In this document: one piece after another, positions 1 to 9,486 of the stretch
How the letters are laid out: each line of letters starts with the position of its first letter
How positions within the stretch are numbered: position 1 is the stretch's first letter
Made by a program: the position numbers and the translations under genes
The notes under the pieces: generated by a model
What the model saw: only the letters and a program-made list of their open reading frames with translations
What the model was told of the DNA's origin: nothing
Database searches by the model: none
Source of the DNA: Octopus sinensis
Lineage: Eukaryota
NCBI RefSeq assembly: GCF_006345805.1
Contig: NW_021823874.1
Coordinates: 1-20,942, forward strand
Reading direction: 5' to 3'
DNA length: 20,942 nt

Positions 1-406
1 ACAAACAACAAGAAAACCATGGTTAAAGATAACAGAAAAAACATAAGGAAAGTATACAAAGCATAAAAACCACGTTCATATACGGACATGCCCCTATGCA
101 CTCATACACACACGCCCTATGTCCCCCCCCAATTTTTTTTAAAATACTAAGTAAAAACGTCTATTTATATATGTGCATTCTTATGCCCGCATACACGCAC
201 ACATCTAAAACTGCCACTCTACATATTCACACGTGTACAAATGAATCTATATACACGTCTATATAGGCACAGGAAAAAATGCAGGATATAAAAGTACAGA
301 AAAAATTATTATGTGTGAAAAATAAAAATATATGACAATAATAAAAGGTATAATGAGATAAAAACTTTTTGGGACATAACATAGAAAGCAAGTTCTATCT
401 GTTTTC

Positions 407-700
407 TTATAGGGGCCAAAAACGTAACAAAAATTTAGTCACATATGGGCATAATCCGAAAGTTCTGTCCTTGAGTTTAGACATGTAGTAGGGTCTAAGC
501 TGCTTTCCAGATAAGCCATCTCTCCATGTCGCAATAGGACCGTACCTTCCGCTGCCGTTGGTATAGGGCTTACTTTGGGCCAAATCTTCCAATGGATGTT
601 ATAATCGACACCTTTATCTTTTAAAGACCAAATATGATTAGATAATTTTGTCGCTTTTTTCTTTGTTCCAGTGCCTAAAACGGTATTTTTTCATAGCGTT
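407..700 (-). pseudogene. Degenerate Penelope-like retroelement (PLE) GIY-YIG endonuclease C-terminal fragment
   Basis: Minus-strand translation across several frameshifts gives FRH..ATKLSNHIWSLKDKGVDYNIHWKI/LAQSKPYTNGSGR../CDMERWLI../CLNSRTEL/GLCPYVTKFLL, ending at TAA 407-409. This follows the PLE endonuclease C-terminal pattern TxLSxxIWxLKD..YxIxWKIL..PY..CxxE..LNxRxEL..C..KFLL. Family assignment is from motif memory, not a search. Confidence 0.75.
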
Positions 701-712
701 TTTCAGATGGCC

Positions 713-775
713 AGATAACCGAAGAGATGGTGTTTGTGGATTTCACTTCGGCATCTGAAACTCAGAGTTTTATCT
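713..775 (+). ncRNA. Degenerate type I hammerhead ribozyme motif adjacent to the PLE fragment
   Basis: Stem I AGATAA(713-718)/TTATCT(770-775). Core CCGAAGA(719-725) has C instead of the canonical U4. Stem II GATG(726-729)/CATC(752-755), then an extra T and GAAA(757-760). Near-palindromic stem III ACTC-A-GAGT, cleavage triplet GTT(767-769). Confidence 0.55.
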
Positions 776-797
776 TGACTATTGAGTAAATGTAACA

Positions 798-910
798 TAT
801 TATATATATATATATATTATATATAATATATATATATAATATATAATATATATGTGTGTGTGTGTGTGTGTTGTGTGTGTGGTGTGTTGTGTGTGTGTGG
901 TGTGTATTAC
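798..910. repeat. (TA)n/(TG)n compound microsatellite
   Basis: Directly visible dinucleotide tracts. Confidence 0.95.
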
Positions 911-1066
911 ACGACGGGCTTCTTTAAGTTTCCCTCTACCAAATCCACTCACAAAGCTTGGTCGGCTACAGTAGAAGACACTTGCCCAAGGTGCCACGAA
1001 GTGAGACTGAACCCAGAACCATGAGGTTGGGAAGTAAGATTCTAGCCACATAGCCACTCCTGCGCC
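911..1066 (-). mobile_element. tRNA-derived SINE family A, 5' half
   Basis: Reverse complement reads GGCGCAGGAGTGGCTATGTGG..GGTTCAGTCTCAC..CCTTGGGCAAGTGTCTTCTAC, with A/B-box-like motifs. Homologous to the copies at 3350, 10286, 11121 and 19036. Confidence 0.85.
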
Positions 1067-1325
1067 TATTGTTACCACACAACCATATATATACGTGCGT
1101 ATATGCGTATACTCTCTCTCATACACACACACACACATACACGCACACACACGCATACACACACACACAAGTGAAATAGCCATTAGAGATCATTTGCCCT
1201 AGGCAGAAACTGCAGAAGCTACTCAAAGGTTTTGCTGGCTCTTCTAAATCCATTGCAATTCTGAAGATCAAGATCTTTCCGTATCATCAGCAGGTATCTC
1301 GGGGTCACAGGCGTTTCGTCCTTTA

Positions 1326-1362
<37 letters not shown>

Positions 1363-1412
1363 CACACACAAACACACACACACATATATAAAATTAATCA
1401 AAGCACATAAGA

Positions 1413-2027
1413 AGTATGTCTCCCTGCTGGAAATAACAGTCAAAGCTATTATTGAAATCGCCAAAATAACCGATGATAACTACAGAAATCAACCCTCTGC
1501 GAGCGAACGAGCTAAGACAATCTCTCAACATACATTCAAACTCACTTGGACCGATTTCTGGATTGGCATTATTGCTTCACCCCTCCTCAGTATGCGTTTC
1601 TATGATGGAATGCCCCAAACCGTCACGCTGAAGTCTGTGCAGCAACTGATTCGTTTTGCGTCGAATCATGGCAGCCACCAGTGTGAAAATAATTTCAATA
1701 CAGAGCAAAAAATTCAGGAGAAAATATTTGCGAAGATATTATTGACTCTGTTATTATCTAGTGTAACAATTAAAAATGATAATAATAACAAAATCAATAA
1801 TATAGGCAATTGCAGGTTCAGAAAAGCATTAAATAGCTGAGGGATTAAAATTAACCAAAAGACTTACTAAGTATGTCTACCTGCTAGAGATAACAGTCAA
1901 AACTCTTATTTACATCGCCGAAAAAACCTGATGATAACTACAGAAAACAACAGTTTGCGGATAAACGAGCTAAGACGAACTCTCAAAATACATTCTAGTA
2001 TTTGGACTCACGTGGACCCGTTTCTGT
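1413..2027 (+). repeat. Pair of diverged ~150-bp direct repeats (1413-1560 and 1869-2027)
   Basis: Shared AAGTATGTCT.CCTGCT.GA.ATAACAGTCAAA..GATGATAACTACAGAAA..AACGAGCTAAGAC..ACTCAC.TGGACC..TTTCTG. Confidence 0.8.
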
Positions 2028-2058
2028 CAGCCCAACAATCCTTAACACGCTCCTGAAT

Positions 2059-2090
2059 TATACATATATATGTATGTATATATATGTATG

Positions 2091-2171
<81 letters not shown>

Positions 2172-2215
2172 TGTTGATATATATATGTATGTGTGTATGT
2201 GGTGTGTGTGTATAT
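2059..2215. repeat. (TA)n microsatellite
   Basis: Long pure TA run with TATG/TG flanks. Confidence 0.95.
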
Positions 2216-2224
2216 TTTTTACAG

Positions 2225-2580
2225 CGCTCCGTCGTACAACAACGAGGGTTCCAGTTGATCCAATCAACGGAACAGCCTGCTCGTGAAATTAACGTGCAGA
2301 TAGCTGAACATTCCACAGACACGTGTACTCTTAACGTAGTTCTCGGGGAGATTCAGCGTGACACAGAGTGTGATAGGGCTGGTCCTTTGAAATACAGGTA
2401 CAACAGAAACAGGAAGAAAGAGTGAGAGAAAGTTGTGGTGAAAGAGTACAGCTGGGTTTGTCACCAACCCTTGCCGGAGCCTCGTGGAGATTTAGGTATT
2501 TTCGCTCAATATATATATCGAAACCGCGATCCTATGACCGCGAGTCAACCGCCCTAACCACTGGGCCATTGCGCCTCCAC
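2225..2580 (-). mobile_element. tRNA-derived SINE family C
   Basis: Minus-strand head GTGGAGGCGCAATGGCCCAGTGGTTAGGGCGGTTGACTCGCGGTCATAGGATCGCGGTTTCGA is tRNA-like (A box TGGCCCAGTGG, B-box-like GGTTTCGA). Its 3' half (2225-2400) is homologous to 6716-6880. Confidence 0.8.
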
Positions 2581-2640
2581 TCACACAAATATATGATGTA
2601 TATATGTATATATGTGTGTATGTATTTATACATTTATATA

Positions 2641-2846
2641 CCGCGTGTGTACCGTTGGCGATTTTTTTTTCTCTGTCTTCCCTTCTTTGGATATTTCCTT
2701 TTCCTATGTTTCTGACGAAGAGCTCCGCTCGAAACGTTAAACCCTCATTCTTTCCTTCTTTCCCGAGCGTCCATTCAACACTATACTTGTTCCACGTACT
2801 CGCGTTGTTGTGTTTTCTCTTTGGTTTTTCATGTTTGGATTAACTA
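2641..2846 (+). mobile_element. Short interspersed repeat carrying a hammerhead motif (likely non-autonomous PLE/pLTR derivative)
   Basis: Bounded by TA/CA microsatellites. Its 3' part (2766-2846) recurs at 5282-5362, and it contains the hammerhead at 2708-2742. Confidence 0.65.
2708..2742 (+). ncRNA. Minimal type I hammerhead ribozyme motif
   Basis: Stem I GTTT(2708-2711)/AAAC(2739-2742). Core CTGACGA(2712-2718) plus an extra A. Stem II GAGC-TCC-GCTC(2720-2730), GAAA(2731-2734), palindromic ACGT stem III, cleavage triplet GTT(2736-2738). Confidence 0.7.
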
Positions 2847-2933
2847 TATACATACACACACACACACCACACACACACACACACACACACCCACACAACA
2901 CACACATAATATATATATACATCATATATATAT

Positions 2934-2974
<41 letters not shown>

Positions 2975-3000
2975 CTATATATATATATATATATTACACA
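2847..3000. repeat. (CA)n/(TA)n compound microsatellite
   Basis: Directly visible. Confidence 0.95.
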
Positions 3001-3065
3001 CCAACACCACGCACGATGATACGGTATCAAACGTTATCACCAGCAAAACAACTATTTCTTTGTAA

Positions 3066-3271
3066 ATGATTTCAAATTTTGGCACAGAACCAGCAATTTC
3101 AAGTGGTTAAGACGATTGCATCGATCCTCAATATTCAACTGGTACTTATATTAAAGAAATCCGAAAGGATGGAAGACAAAGTCGACCTCAGCGAAATTTG
3201 AACTCAGAACGTAAAGACGAACGCTAAGCGTTTTGTTCGGCGAGCTGACCATCCTGCCAGCTCGTTGCCTT
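3066..3271 (-). mobile_element. SINE family B copy
   Basis: Homologous to the plus-strand copy at 8979 (GGCGGCGAGCTGGCAGAA..GAGTTCAAATT..GTCGACTTTG.CTT.CATCCTTTCGG..ATAAGTACCAGTT). Tail GTGCCAAAATTTGAAATCAT. Confidence 0.85.
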
Positions 3272-3349
3272 AACTGTTTCTTTATAGTTAGAAATATTTT
3301 AATTTTTTCGTTTGAGAGTAAAAGAACATGTAGCAACGGAATAGCAAAA

Positions 3350-3513
3350 GGCAAGGAGTGGCTGTGTGGTAAATAGTTTGCTTACCAACCACATGGTTAC
3401 AGGTTCAGTCCCACTGCGTGGCACCTTGGACAAGGGACTTCTACCACAGCGTCGAGCCGACCAAAGCCTTCGGAAAGGATTTGGTACACGGAAACTGAAA
3501 GAAGCCCGTCCTA

Positions 3514-3612
<99 letters not shown>

Positions 3613-3845
3613 ATGTGTGCGTGTTTGTGTGTCTGTGTTTATCCCCCTTCCATCACTTGGCAATCAATGTTGTTGTGTTCACCTCCCCGTAACATTTGCG
3701 GTTCGGCAAAAAGTGACCGATAGAATAAGTACTAGGCTACAAAGAATATGTCCTGGGGTCGATTTATTCGACTAAAAAATCCTTTAAGGCTGTGCTCCAG
3801 CATGGTCGCAGTTAAATGACTGAAACAAGCAAAATAATACAAGAA
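3350..3845 (+). mobile_element. SINE family A, full-length, with internal (TATC)n
   Basis: Head GGAGTGGCTGTGTGGTAA..GGTTCAGTCCCACTGCGTGGCACCTTGG, internal (ATCT)n at ~3513-3612, and tail CTCCAGCATGGTCGCAGTTAAATGACTGAAACAAG shared with the 10286 and 19036 copies. Confidence 0.88.
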
Positions 3846-3850
3846 TATAT

Positions 3851-4972
3851 ATATTGGGTTGGCAACTAAGCTCCCACGGTCTTTTTATATTTTGGAATTT
3901 ATTGCGTTTTTAAATTTTGGAATCTATTGTTTTCGAGAATTCAATTTTTGAATCATTTTGGAATCTATTTTGTCTTTCTCGCTGCTCGCAACATTTGTGC
4001 TGTGTATGGAGAGTGTGCCATAGCTGAAGGAACCGCTCGTGATTGGTATACCAAGTTCAAAAATGGAAATTTTGAATCAAGGACCCACCTCGTTCTGGCC
4101 GTCCAGTTGAGTTCCATGAAGAGCGATTAAACCAACTTTTGCACGAAAATTTTCGTCAAACGACAAGGGAACTGGCAGAGAAAATGGAATGCTCCCACAC
4201 TGCTATAGAGAAGCATCTTCACTCGATGGAAAGGTTTAGAAGTATGGAGCATGGGTTCTGCATGCTTTAAGTGACGACAACAAAAATCAACGAGCCACAA
4301 TCTCCGCTGGTTTGCTTGGTCGTCACCGCCCAACTCATAGACACAAGCAACGATTTCTTTATCGAATCGTTACTGGCGACGAAAAATGATACCTGTACAT
4401 CAATATAAAGCAGAATAAGGAATGGTTTAACCCCGGTAAAGAAGCGACACCGCGTGTGAACAAGATCTTCATCCGCGTAAAACGATGTTGTGTGTATGGT
4501 GGGACTAGGAAGGGATTATCCATTACGAATTGCTTGAATGGAACCAAAGGATCAACGCGGAACTATGTTCAACAGATGGTACGACTCAACACGGCTATTC
4601 AAGAGAAAAGACCTAATCGTCAGCATGGAGTTCTTCTGCTGCATGACAACGCCCGCCCTCATATCACCAATATGACCAAGGAAGCCATTCAAACGTATGG
4701 CTGGGAAGTGCTGCCACACCCGCCGTACTCTCCTGATTTAGCACCAACGGATTTCCACCTCTTTCGATCTCTTTCAAATGCTATGCGCGGAGTTTCGTTC
4801 AATACTGATGCAAAATTGAGAGCTTGGTCGGATCAATTTTTCGAGTCGAAATCGGGTGATTTCTTCAAACGAGGTATTGAAAATCTTCTTGAACAACAAG
4901 GGTGAATACATTATTGATTAATTAGTTATTTTTTATTAAACCTTTTAAAAAATTAAAATGTAAAAAAACCTA
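3851..4972 (+). mobile_element. Degenerate mariner (Tc1/mariner, D,D34D) DNA transposon
   Basis: Left end TATTGGGTTGGCAACTAAG follows a TA run. The transposase relic lies inside. No matching right TIR is visible before the (TG)n at 4974. Confidence 0.88.
3975..4905 (+). pseudogene. Mariner transposase pseudogene
   Basis: Frameshifted translation shows AARNICAVYG..WYTKFKNG, PRSGRP, TTRELAE, WVLHAL (WVPHEL motif), RIVTGDEK* (stop at 4387-4389), LLHDNARPH and HPPYSPDLAPTDFHLFRSL. Confidence 0.93.
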
Positions 4973-4973
4973 A

Positions 4974-5008
<35 letters not shown>

Positions 5009-5130
5009 ATGAATATATATATGTGTGTGTGTGTGTATCAGCATATTGGCATAGGAATCTTTGTTCTTTTGCCTTATTTATAATTGTATATATGTATATA
5101 TATATATATATATTATATATATATATATAT

Positions 5131-5195
<65 letters not shown>

Positions 5196-5248
5196 AATAA
5201 ATTATATACATATATATACTAACCTATCATATGCATACATACATACAT

Positions 5249-5281
<33 letters not shown>
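4974..5281. repeat. (TG)n/(TA)n/(CA)n microsatellite cluster
   Basis: Directly visible. Confidence 0.9.
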
Positions 5282-5282
<1 letters not shown>

Positions 5283-5362
5283 GCGTCCAATAACACTATC
5301 CTTGTTCCACGTCCTCCCGTTGTTGTATTTTCTCTTTGTGTTTTCATGTTTGGATTAACTTT
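5282..5362 (+). repeat. Second partial copy of the 2641-2846 repeat
   Basis: AGCGTCCA..AACACTAT.CTTGTTCCACGT.CTC.CGTTGTTGT.TTTTCTCTTTG..TTTTCATGTTTGGATTAACT matches 2766-2846. Confidence 0.88.
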
Positions 5363-5381
5363 ATGTTTATATAAATATATA

Positions 5382-5442
<61 letters not shown>

Positions 5443-5631
5443 AATTAGTAAATAAATGGCACAACAAAGTACCGATATTTACTGGAAATAGCGAACGTAA
5501 AAATACGACGCTAAAGTGTAGCTTCACCGCGTATGTATTAGTAAAAATGCGTGTGTGCAACAAAATAGAGAAAAAAACCGTCTTACCTCCAGGGAGAACA
5601 TCTGAAAGATGAAACACCCGGAAAATGGATA

Positions 5632-5710
5632 ATGTGGTACCTGCAGGTTTCAGGTTTTGCAAGATATGTCTCTCACCCATATTTGCTTTACCTTCTTCAG
5701 CCAAACATAT
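5632..5710 (-). ncRNA. Type I hammerhead ribozyme motif with extended stem II and palindromic stem III
   Basis: Minus strand reads TGG-CTGAAGA-AGGT-aaa-GCAA-ATATG-ggtgagaga-CATAT-c-TTGC-aaa-ACCT-GAAA-CCTGCAG-GTA^CCA. It has an intact CUGANGA/GAAA core, 13 bp of stem II, the palindrome ACCTGCAGGT (5639-5648), a GUA cleavage triplet and stem I TGG/CCA. Confidence 0.8.
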
Positions 5711-5851
5711 ACCAAGACGAAACTACGGTGTTACCACATAAATACTAACACACTCGACTGAAATACGGAACGCTAACAGTACGAGAAACGGTGAAGAAGT
5801 TTCAAAATATCAGTAATGCAATACAAAGTATTGCCTTCCAGTAAAAAGTAG

Positions 5852-5892
<41 letters not shown>

Positions 5893-5895
<3 letters not shown>

Positions 5896-5950
5896 GGTGC
5901 CCCAGCATGGCCACAGCTCATTAGCTGAAACTGGAAAAATCAAAAAAAAA
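5893..5950 (+). mobile_element. 3' tail fragment related to SINE family A
   Basis: GGCGGTGCCCCAGCATGGCCACAG..CTGAAAC plus an A-rich tail. Compare 10778-10830. Confidence 0.65.
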
Positions 5951-6235
5951 ATCTAAATCAAACATATATATATACACATATATAAGATTCAGTTAAATTA
6001 GGTACTTAAATTGAGGTACCTCTTTAGGTCAACTGAAATAGTAGCAGAATCGCTGTAAATGTTTTGCTCCGGAGATTTTAAACTATGTTAAATCATTTTA
6101 AATCTCCTTCATTTTGAAGTACATGAATGCATCTGACGAAAATGGTTTATTTACAACGATGTATTGTTTTTATTAATCACTTAAAGGAGTCATTAGAAAC
6201 GGCCGTAATGGATTGACACCTGTACTCTACTGTTA

Positions 6236-6279
<44 letters not shown>

Positions 6280-6715
6280 GCAAAACTACCCATTCGATAT
6301 AAAAGATTGTAGAGTTTAGTTAGATAAAGGTGTATTTAGAAAACTCTGTCAATCCATTTGGTGGATCTAAATATGGTGATATCTGGTTTTAAACCGAACA
6401 TCAGGTCCTTGATTGACATTACCCGAGATATATATTACCTGAGATATATATTGTTGAAACGAGAAAGAAAGTTCTATTTGCTCTCGACTATAGCTTTCAA
6501 TGGATACCAAGAAAAAAAATGCAGTTAGTTAAATTGTGAATTTAATTAAATTATCACCAATGGTGGTCGTTGATAAATTAATGGAAGTTATGTCTTGTAT
6601 GAAAATTGAATGATTTAAAATTTAAAATGAAACTAAATTTAAAAGATATATGGTTACAGTTTCATCGGGAGATAACAATAAAAGCACGTGGTTATAGTTT
6701 AATGGTCAGCCTGGG

Positions 6716-7021
6716 TCTCCGTCGTTTTCGACGATGCGTGTTTCAGATGAAACGAGTAACCGAACAGTCTCTTCGTGCAAGTGGCTGAGCACTCTGCAGA
6801 CACGCGTACCCTTAACGTAGCTCACATGGAGATTCGGCGTGACACAATGTGACAAGGCAGGACACTTTAAAATACAGGTACGTTTCTTCTTTGCCAGCTG
6901 AGTGGACTGGAGCAACGTGATATAAAGTGTTTTGTTCAAGGACACAACGCGTCGCCGGGAATCGAACTCACGACCTTTCCATTGCCAGCCGAATACCCTT
7001 TCCCCTATACCATGCGCTCAC
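6716..7021 (-). mobile_element. tRNA-derived SINE with CORE-like central domain (family C-related)
   Basis: Minus strand has a tRNA-like head ending GTGAGTTCGATTCCCGG (B box). It continues TTGTGTCCTTGAACAAAACACTTTAT..GTTGCTCCAGTCCACTCAGCTG (CORE-SINE-like), then a 3' region shared with 2225-2400. Confidence 0.78.
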
Positions 7022-7029
7022 ATACAGTA

Positions 7030-7190
7030 TATTTCTCACTCTCCCCCTCTCTCTAGCTGTCTGCCTCTTTCACAAACCCTCTCTTTCTCCCTTATATCTT
7101 TATCTCTCACTACGAGTTCTTCAGACGTCTGACCTTGTATTTTCTCCCTTCCTTCTTTTCTTTGTCTCCAATTCGCCTTCTCTTCTTCCG

Positions 7191-7234
<44 letters not shown>

Positions 7235-7632
7235 CTCTTTCTTCTTCTTCTTCTCTTTCTTTTTCCCTCTCTCTCCCAGCTTCATTCTCCCCTCTCTCAA
7301 ATATATACTCGCTCTTACTTCTTTTCTTCCTCTCTTTCTCACGCCGCATTCTCTCTTCCTTCCACCCTTTCTCTCTGTTTCTGCCTCTCTTTTTACATTA
7401 CCCTCCCTTACACAAGTATCTTCTCACTCCCCACTCCCTCCTTATACATAATTCTGTCTCTCACCCCACCTCCTCTTCCCGTCTCTTTACTTCTGTACTT
7501 CTCTCTCATACAATCACACTCTCTCGTTCTTACTCTCTCCTCTATTTTTCTTTTCTCTTGTGAAGAAAAAGAAGAGGAAGAAGAGAGAGAGGGAAAAGAG
7601 AGAGAGGGAAAAGAGAGAGAGAGACAGAGAGA
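7030..7632. repeat. Polypyrimidine (CT-rich) tract followed by a GA-rich tract
   Basis: CT-rich 7030-7560 including pure (CT)n at ~7194-7230, then purine-rich 7562-7632. Confidence 0.85.
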
Positions 7633-8010
7633 TTAAAACAACCACCACAACAACAAAACACACAAACAAAAAACAACTAATGATAAACAAGAAAAATAAG
7701 ATTATTTAATTTTTTTTGCTTGTATTTATCTTACTAACCATAACCGTTATAATAAGAAAATATATTGATAAGAAAACCCACAGCAAACAACGAAACTACC
7801 GGCAGCAGCAGCAGCAGCAGAAATAACAGGAGCAACAATAACGAGAACAAGAAGAAGAGAACGAGTGGTAACCATCTGCTCGGCTATCATTCACTGCCAT
7901 ATCTGTCTTCGCCCGAGGTGGTTGATGTCAACTGGGCATGAGAAACTGCTTAGGAATAGGAAAGAAGAACAAGACAATAAAAAAATAAGCAGACGACAAC
8001 CCCACCACCA

Positions 8011-8020
8011 AATAATAATG

Positions 8021-8063
<43 letters not shown>
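8011..8063. repeat. (TAA)n microsatellite
   Basis: Directly visible. Confidence 0.95.
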
Positions 8064-8370
8064 GAATTGTAAAAACGAAGATGGCGATAATGTGAGAGAA
8101 ATAATGAATAAGAGAAAACAGATAGTATTTGGACAGAAGGAAGGTGGAATGAAATGAAGGAATATAAATGAATGTTAGATAAAAAATAAGTGACAAAAGC
8201 CATTGCAATAAATGGAGAAAAAGACAAGAAAAATGATTACAGCATAATTAATAGGGAGAAAGAAAATAAGAAACCGGAAGTGAAGTTTAAAAATGTTTTC
8301 GAAATATGAAAAGAAAAAAATATTGATTCTACATTTACGCTTATTGGAGGTGTTTGGTTCGTTGTGGAGG

Positions 8371-8630
8371 TATTAGTTATGTCTGGCACTGGTTATGTCT
8401 ATTATTGGTTATGTTTGGTATTAGTTATGACTGCTATTGGTTACGTCTGCTATTGGTTACATATGGTATTAGTTATGCCTAGTATTGGTTATGTCTGCTA
8501 TTAGTTATATCGGTTAACTGGTAATGTCTTCTAACGGTTATATCTATTAATTGGTTATACCTGGTATTGAGTATGTCTGGTGTTAGTTATGTCTGCTAAT
8601 AGTTAAATCTGGTGTTGGTTAAGTCTGACA
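8371..8630. repeat. 16-bp minisatellite, consensus TATTGGTTATGTCTGC, ~16 diverged units
   Basis: Units start at 8371, 8387, 8403, 8419, 8435, 8451, 8467, 8483 and onward. Confidence 0.88.
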
Positions 8631-8732
8631 ATAACCTTGTGTAATATTCGTTATACTTCGTAATAGTTATCGAGCAATCTTTTGCCTTTTGTACATAGAA
8701 TCGGATATAGTTAGTAATGGTTATTGTTAATA

Positions 8733-8950
8733 ATGGTTTCAAATTTTGGCACAAGGCCAGCAGTTTCGGGGGAGAGGGAAGGTCGAATACATCTACCCCA
8801 GTGATCAACTGGTACTTATTTTATCGACCCCAAAATATGATATAAGGTAAATTCAGTCTCGGTGGGATTTGAACTCAGAACGTATTGACAGACGAAATGT
8901 CCCTAAGCATTTTGTCCGGTGTGCTAACGATTGCATTAGCTCACTGTCTT
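8733..8950 (-). mobile_element. SINE family B copy
   Basis: Same head, core and tail as 3066-3271. Confidence 0.85.
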
Positions 8951-8978
8951 GATGATTATCATTAATAATGGTTAATGA

Positions 8979-9486
8979 GGCGGCGAGCTGGCAGAAACGT
9001 TAGCACGCCGGGCGAAATGCGTAGCCGTATTTCGTCTGTCGTTTCGTTCTGACTTCAAATTCCACCGAGGTCGACTTTGCCTTTCATCCTTTCGGGGTCG
9101 ATTAAATAAGTACCAGTTACGCACTGGGGTCGATATAATCGACTTAATCCGTTTGTCTGTCCTTGTTTGTCCTCTCTGTGTTTAGCCCCTTGTGGGTAGT
9201 AAAGAAATAGAAATAGGTATTTCGCCCGTCGCTACGTTCTGAGTTCAAATTCCGCTGTGGTCGACTTTGTCTTTCATCCTTTAGGGGTCGATTAGATAAG
9301 TACCAGTTACGCACTGGGGTCGATGTAATCGATTTAATCCTTTTGTCTGTCCTTGTTTGTCCTCTCTGTGTTTAGCCCCTTGTGGGTAGTAAAGAAATAG
9401 GTATTTCGCCTGTCGCTACGTTCTGCGTTCAAATTCCGCCGAGGTCGACATTGTCTTTCATCCTTTAGGGGTCAATAAAATAAGTA
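8979..9486 (+). mobile_element. SINE family B copy with internally triplicated body
   Basis: One tRNA-like head, then ~185-bp units starting GTATTTCG at 9027, 9217 and 9401 (the last is partial). Confidence 0.9.

Noticed and set aside
1255-1330. Hammerhead-like words (CTGAAGA on plus; GGACGAAACGCC and CTGATGA..GAAA on minus)
   Set aside because: No consistent stem II or stem I, and the GAAAC half lacks an upstream core because it is cut by (TA)n.
1928-1950. CTGATGA-TAACTACA-GAAA
   Set aside because: The intervening bases cannot form stem II.
2515-2580. tRNA-like sequence (also at 6955-7021 and the other SINE heads)
   Set aside because: No complete cloverleaf, and it is contiguous with SINE bodies, so these are not tRNA genes.
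5780-5850. Hairpin GCAATAC-AAA-GTATTGC with a nearby GAAAC on the minus strand
   Set aside because: No CUGANGA core in the right position, so it is a simple hairpin only.
6419-6452. 16-bp tandem duplication (ATTACCYGAGATATAT x2)
   Set aside because: An ordinary local slippage duplication.
9027-9486. Regularly spaced repeats superficially like a CRISPR array
   Set aside because: Whole ~185-bp units are duplicated with no unique spacers, in a eukaryotic SINE context with no cas genes.
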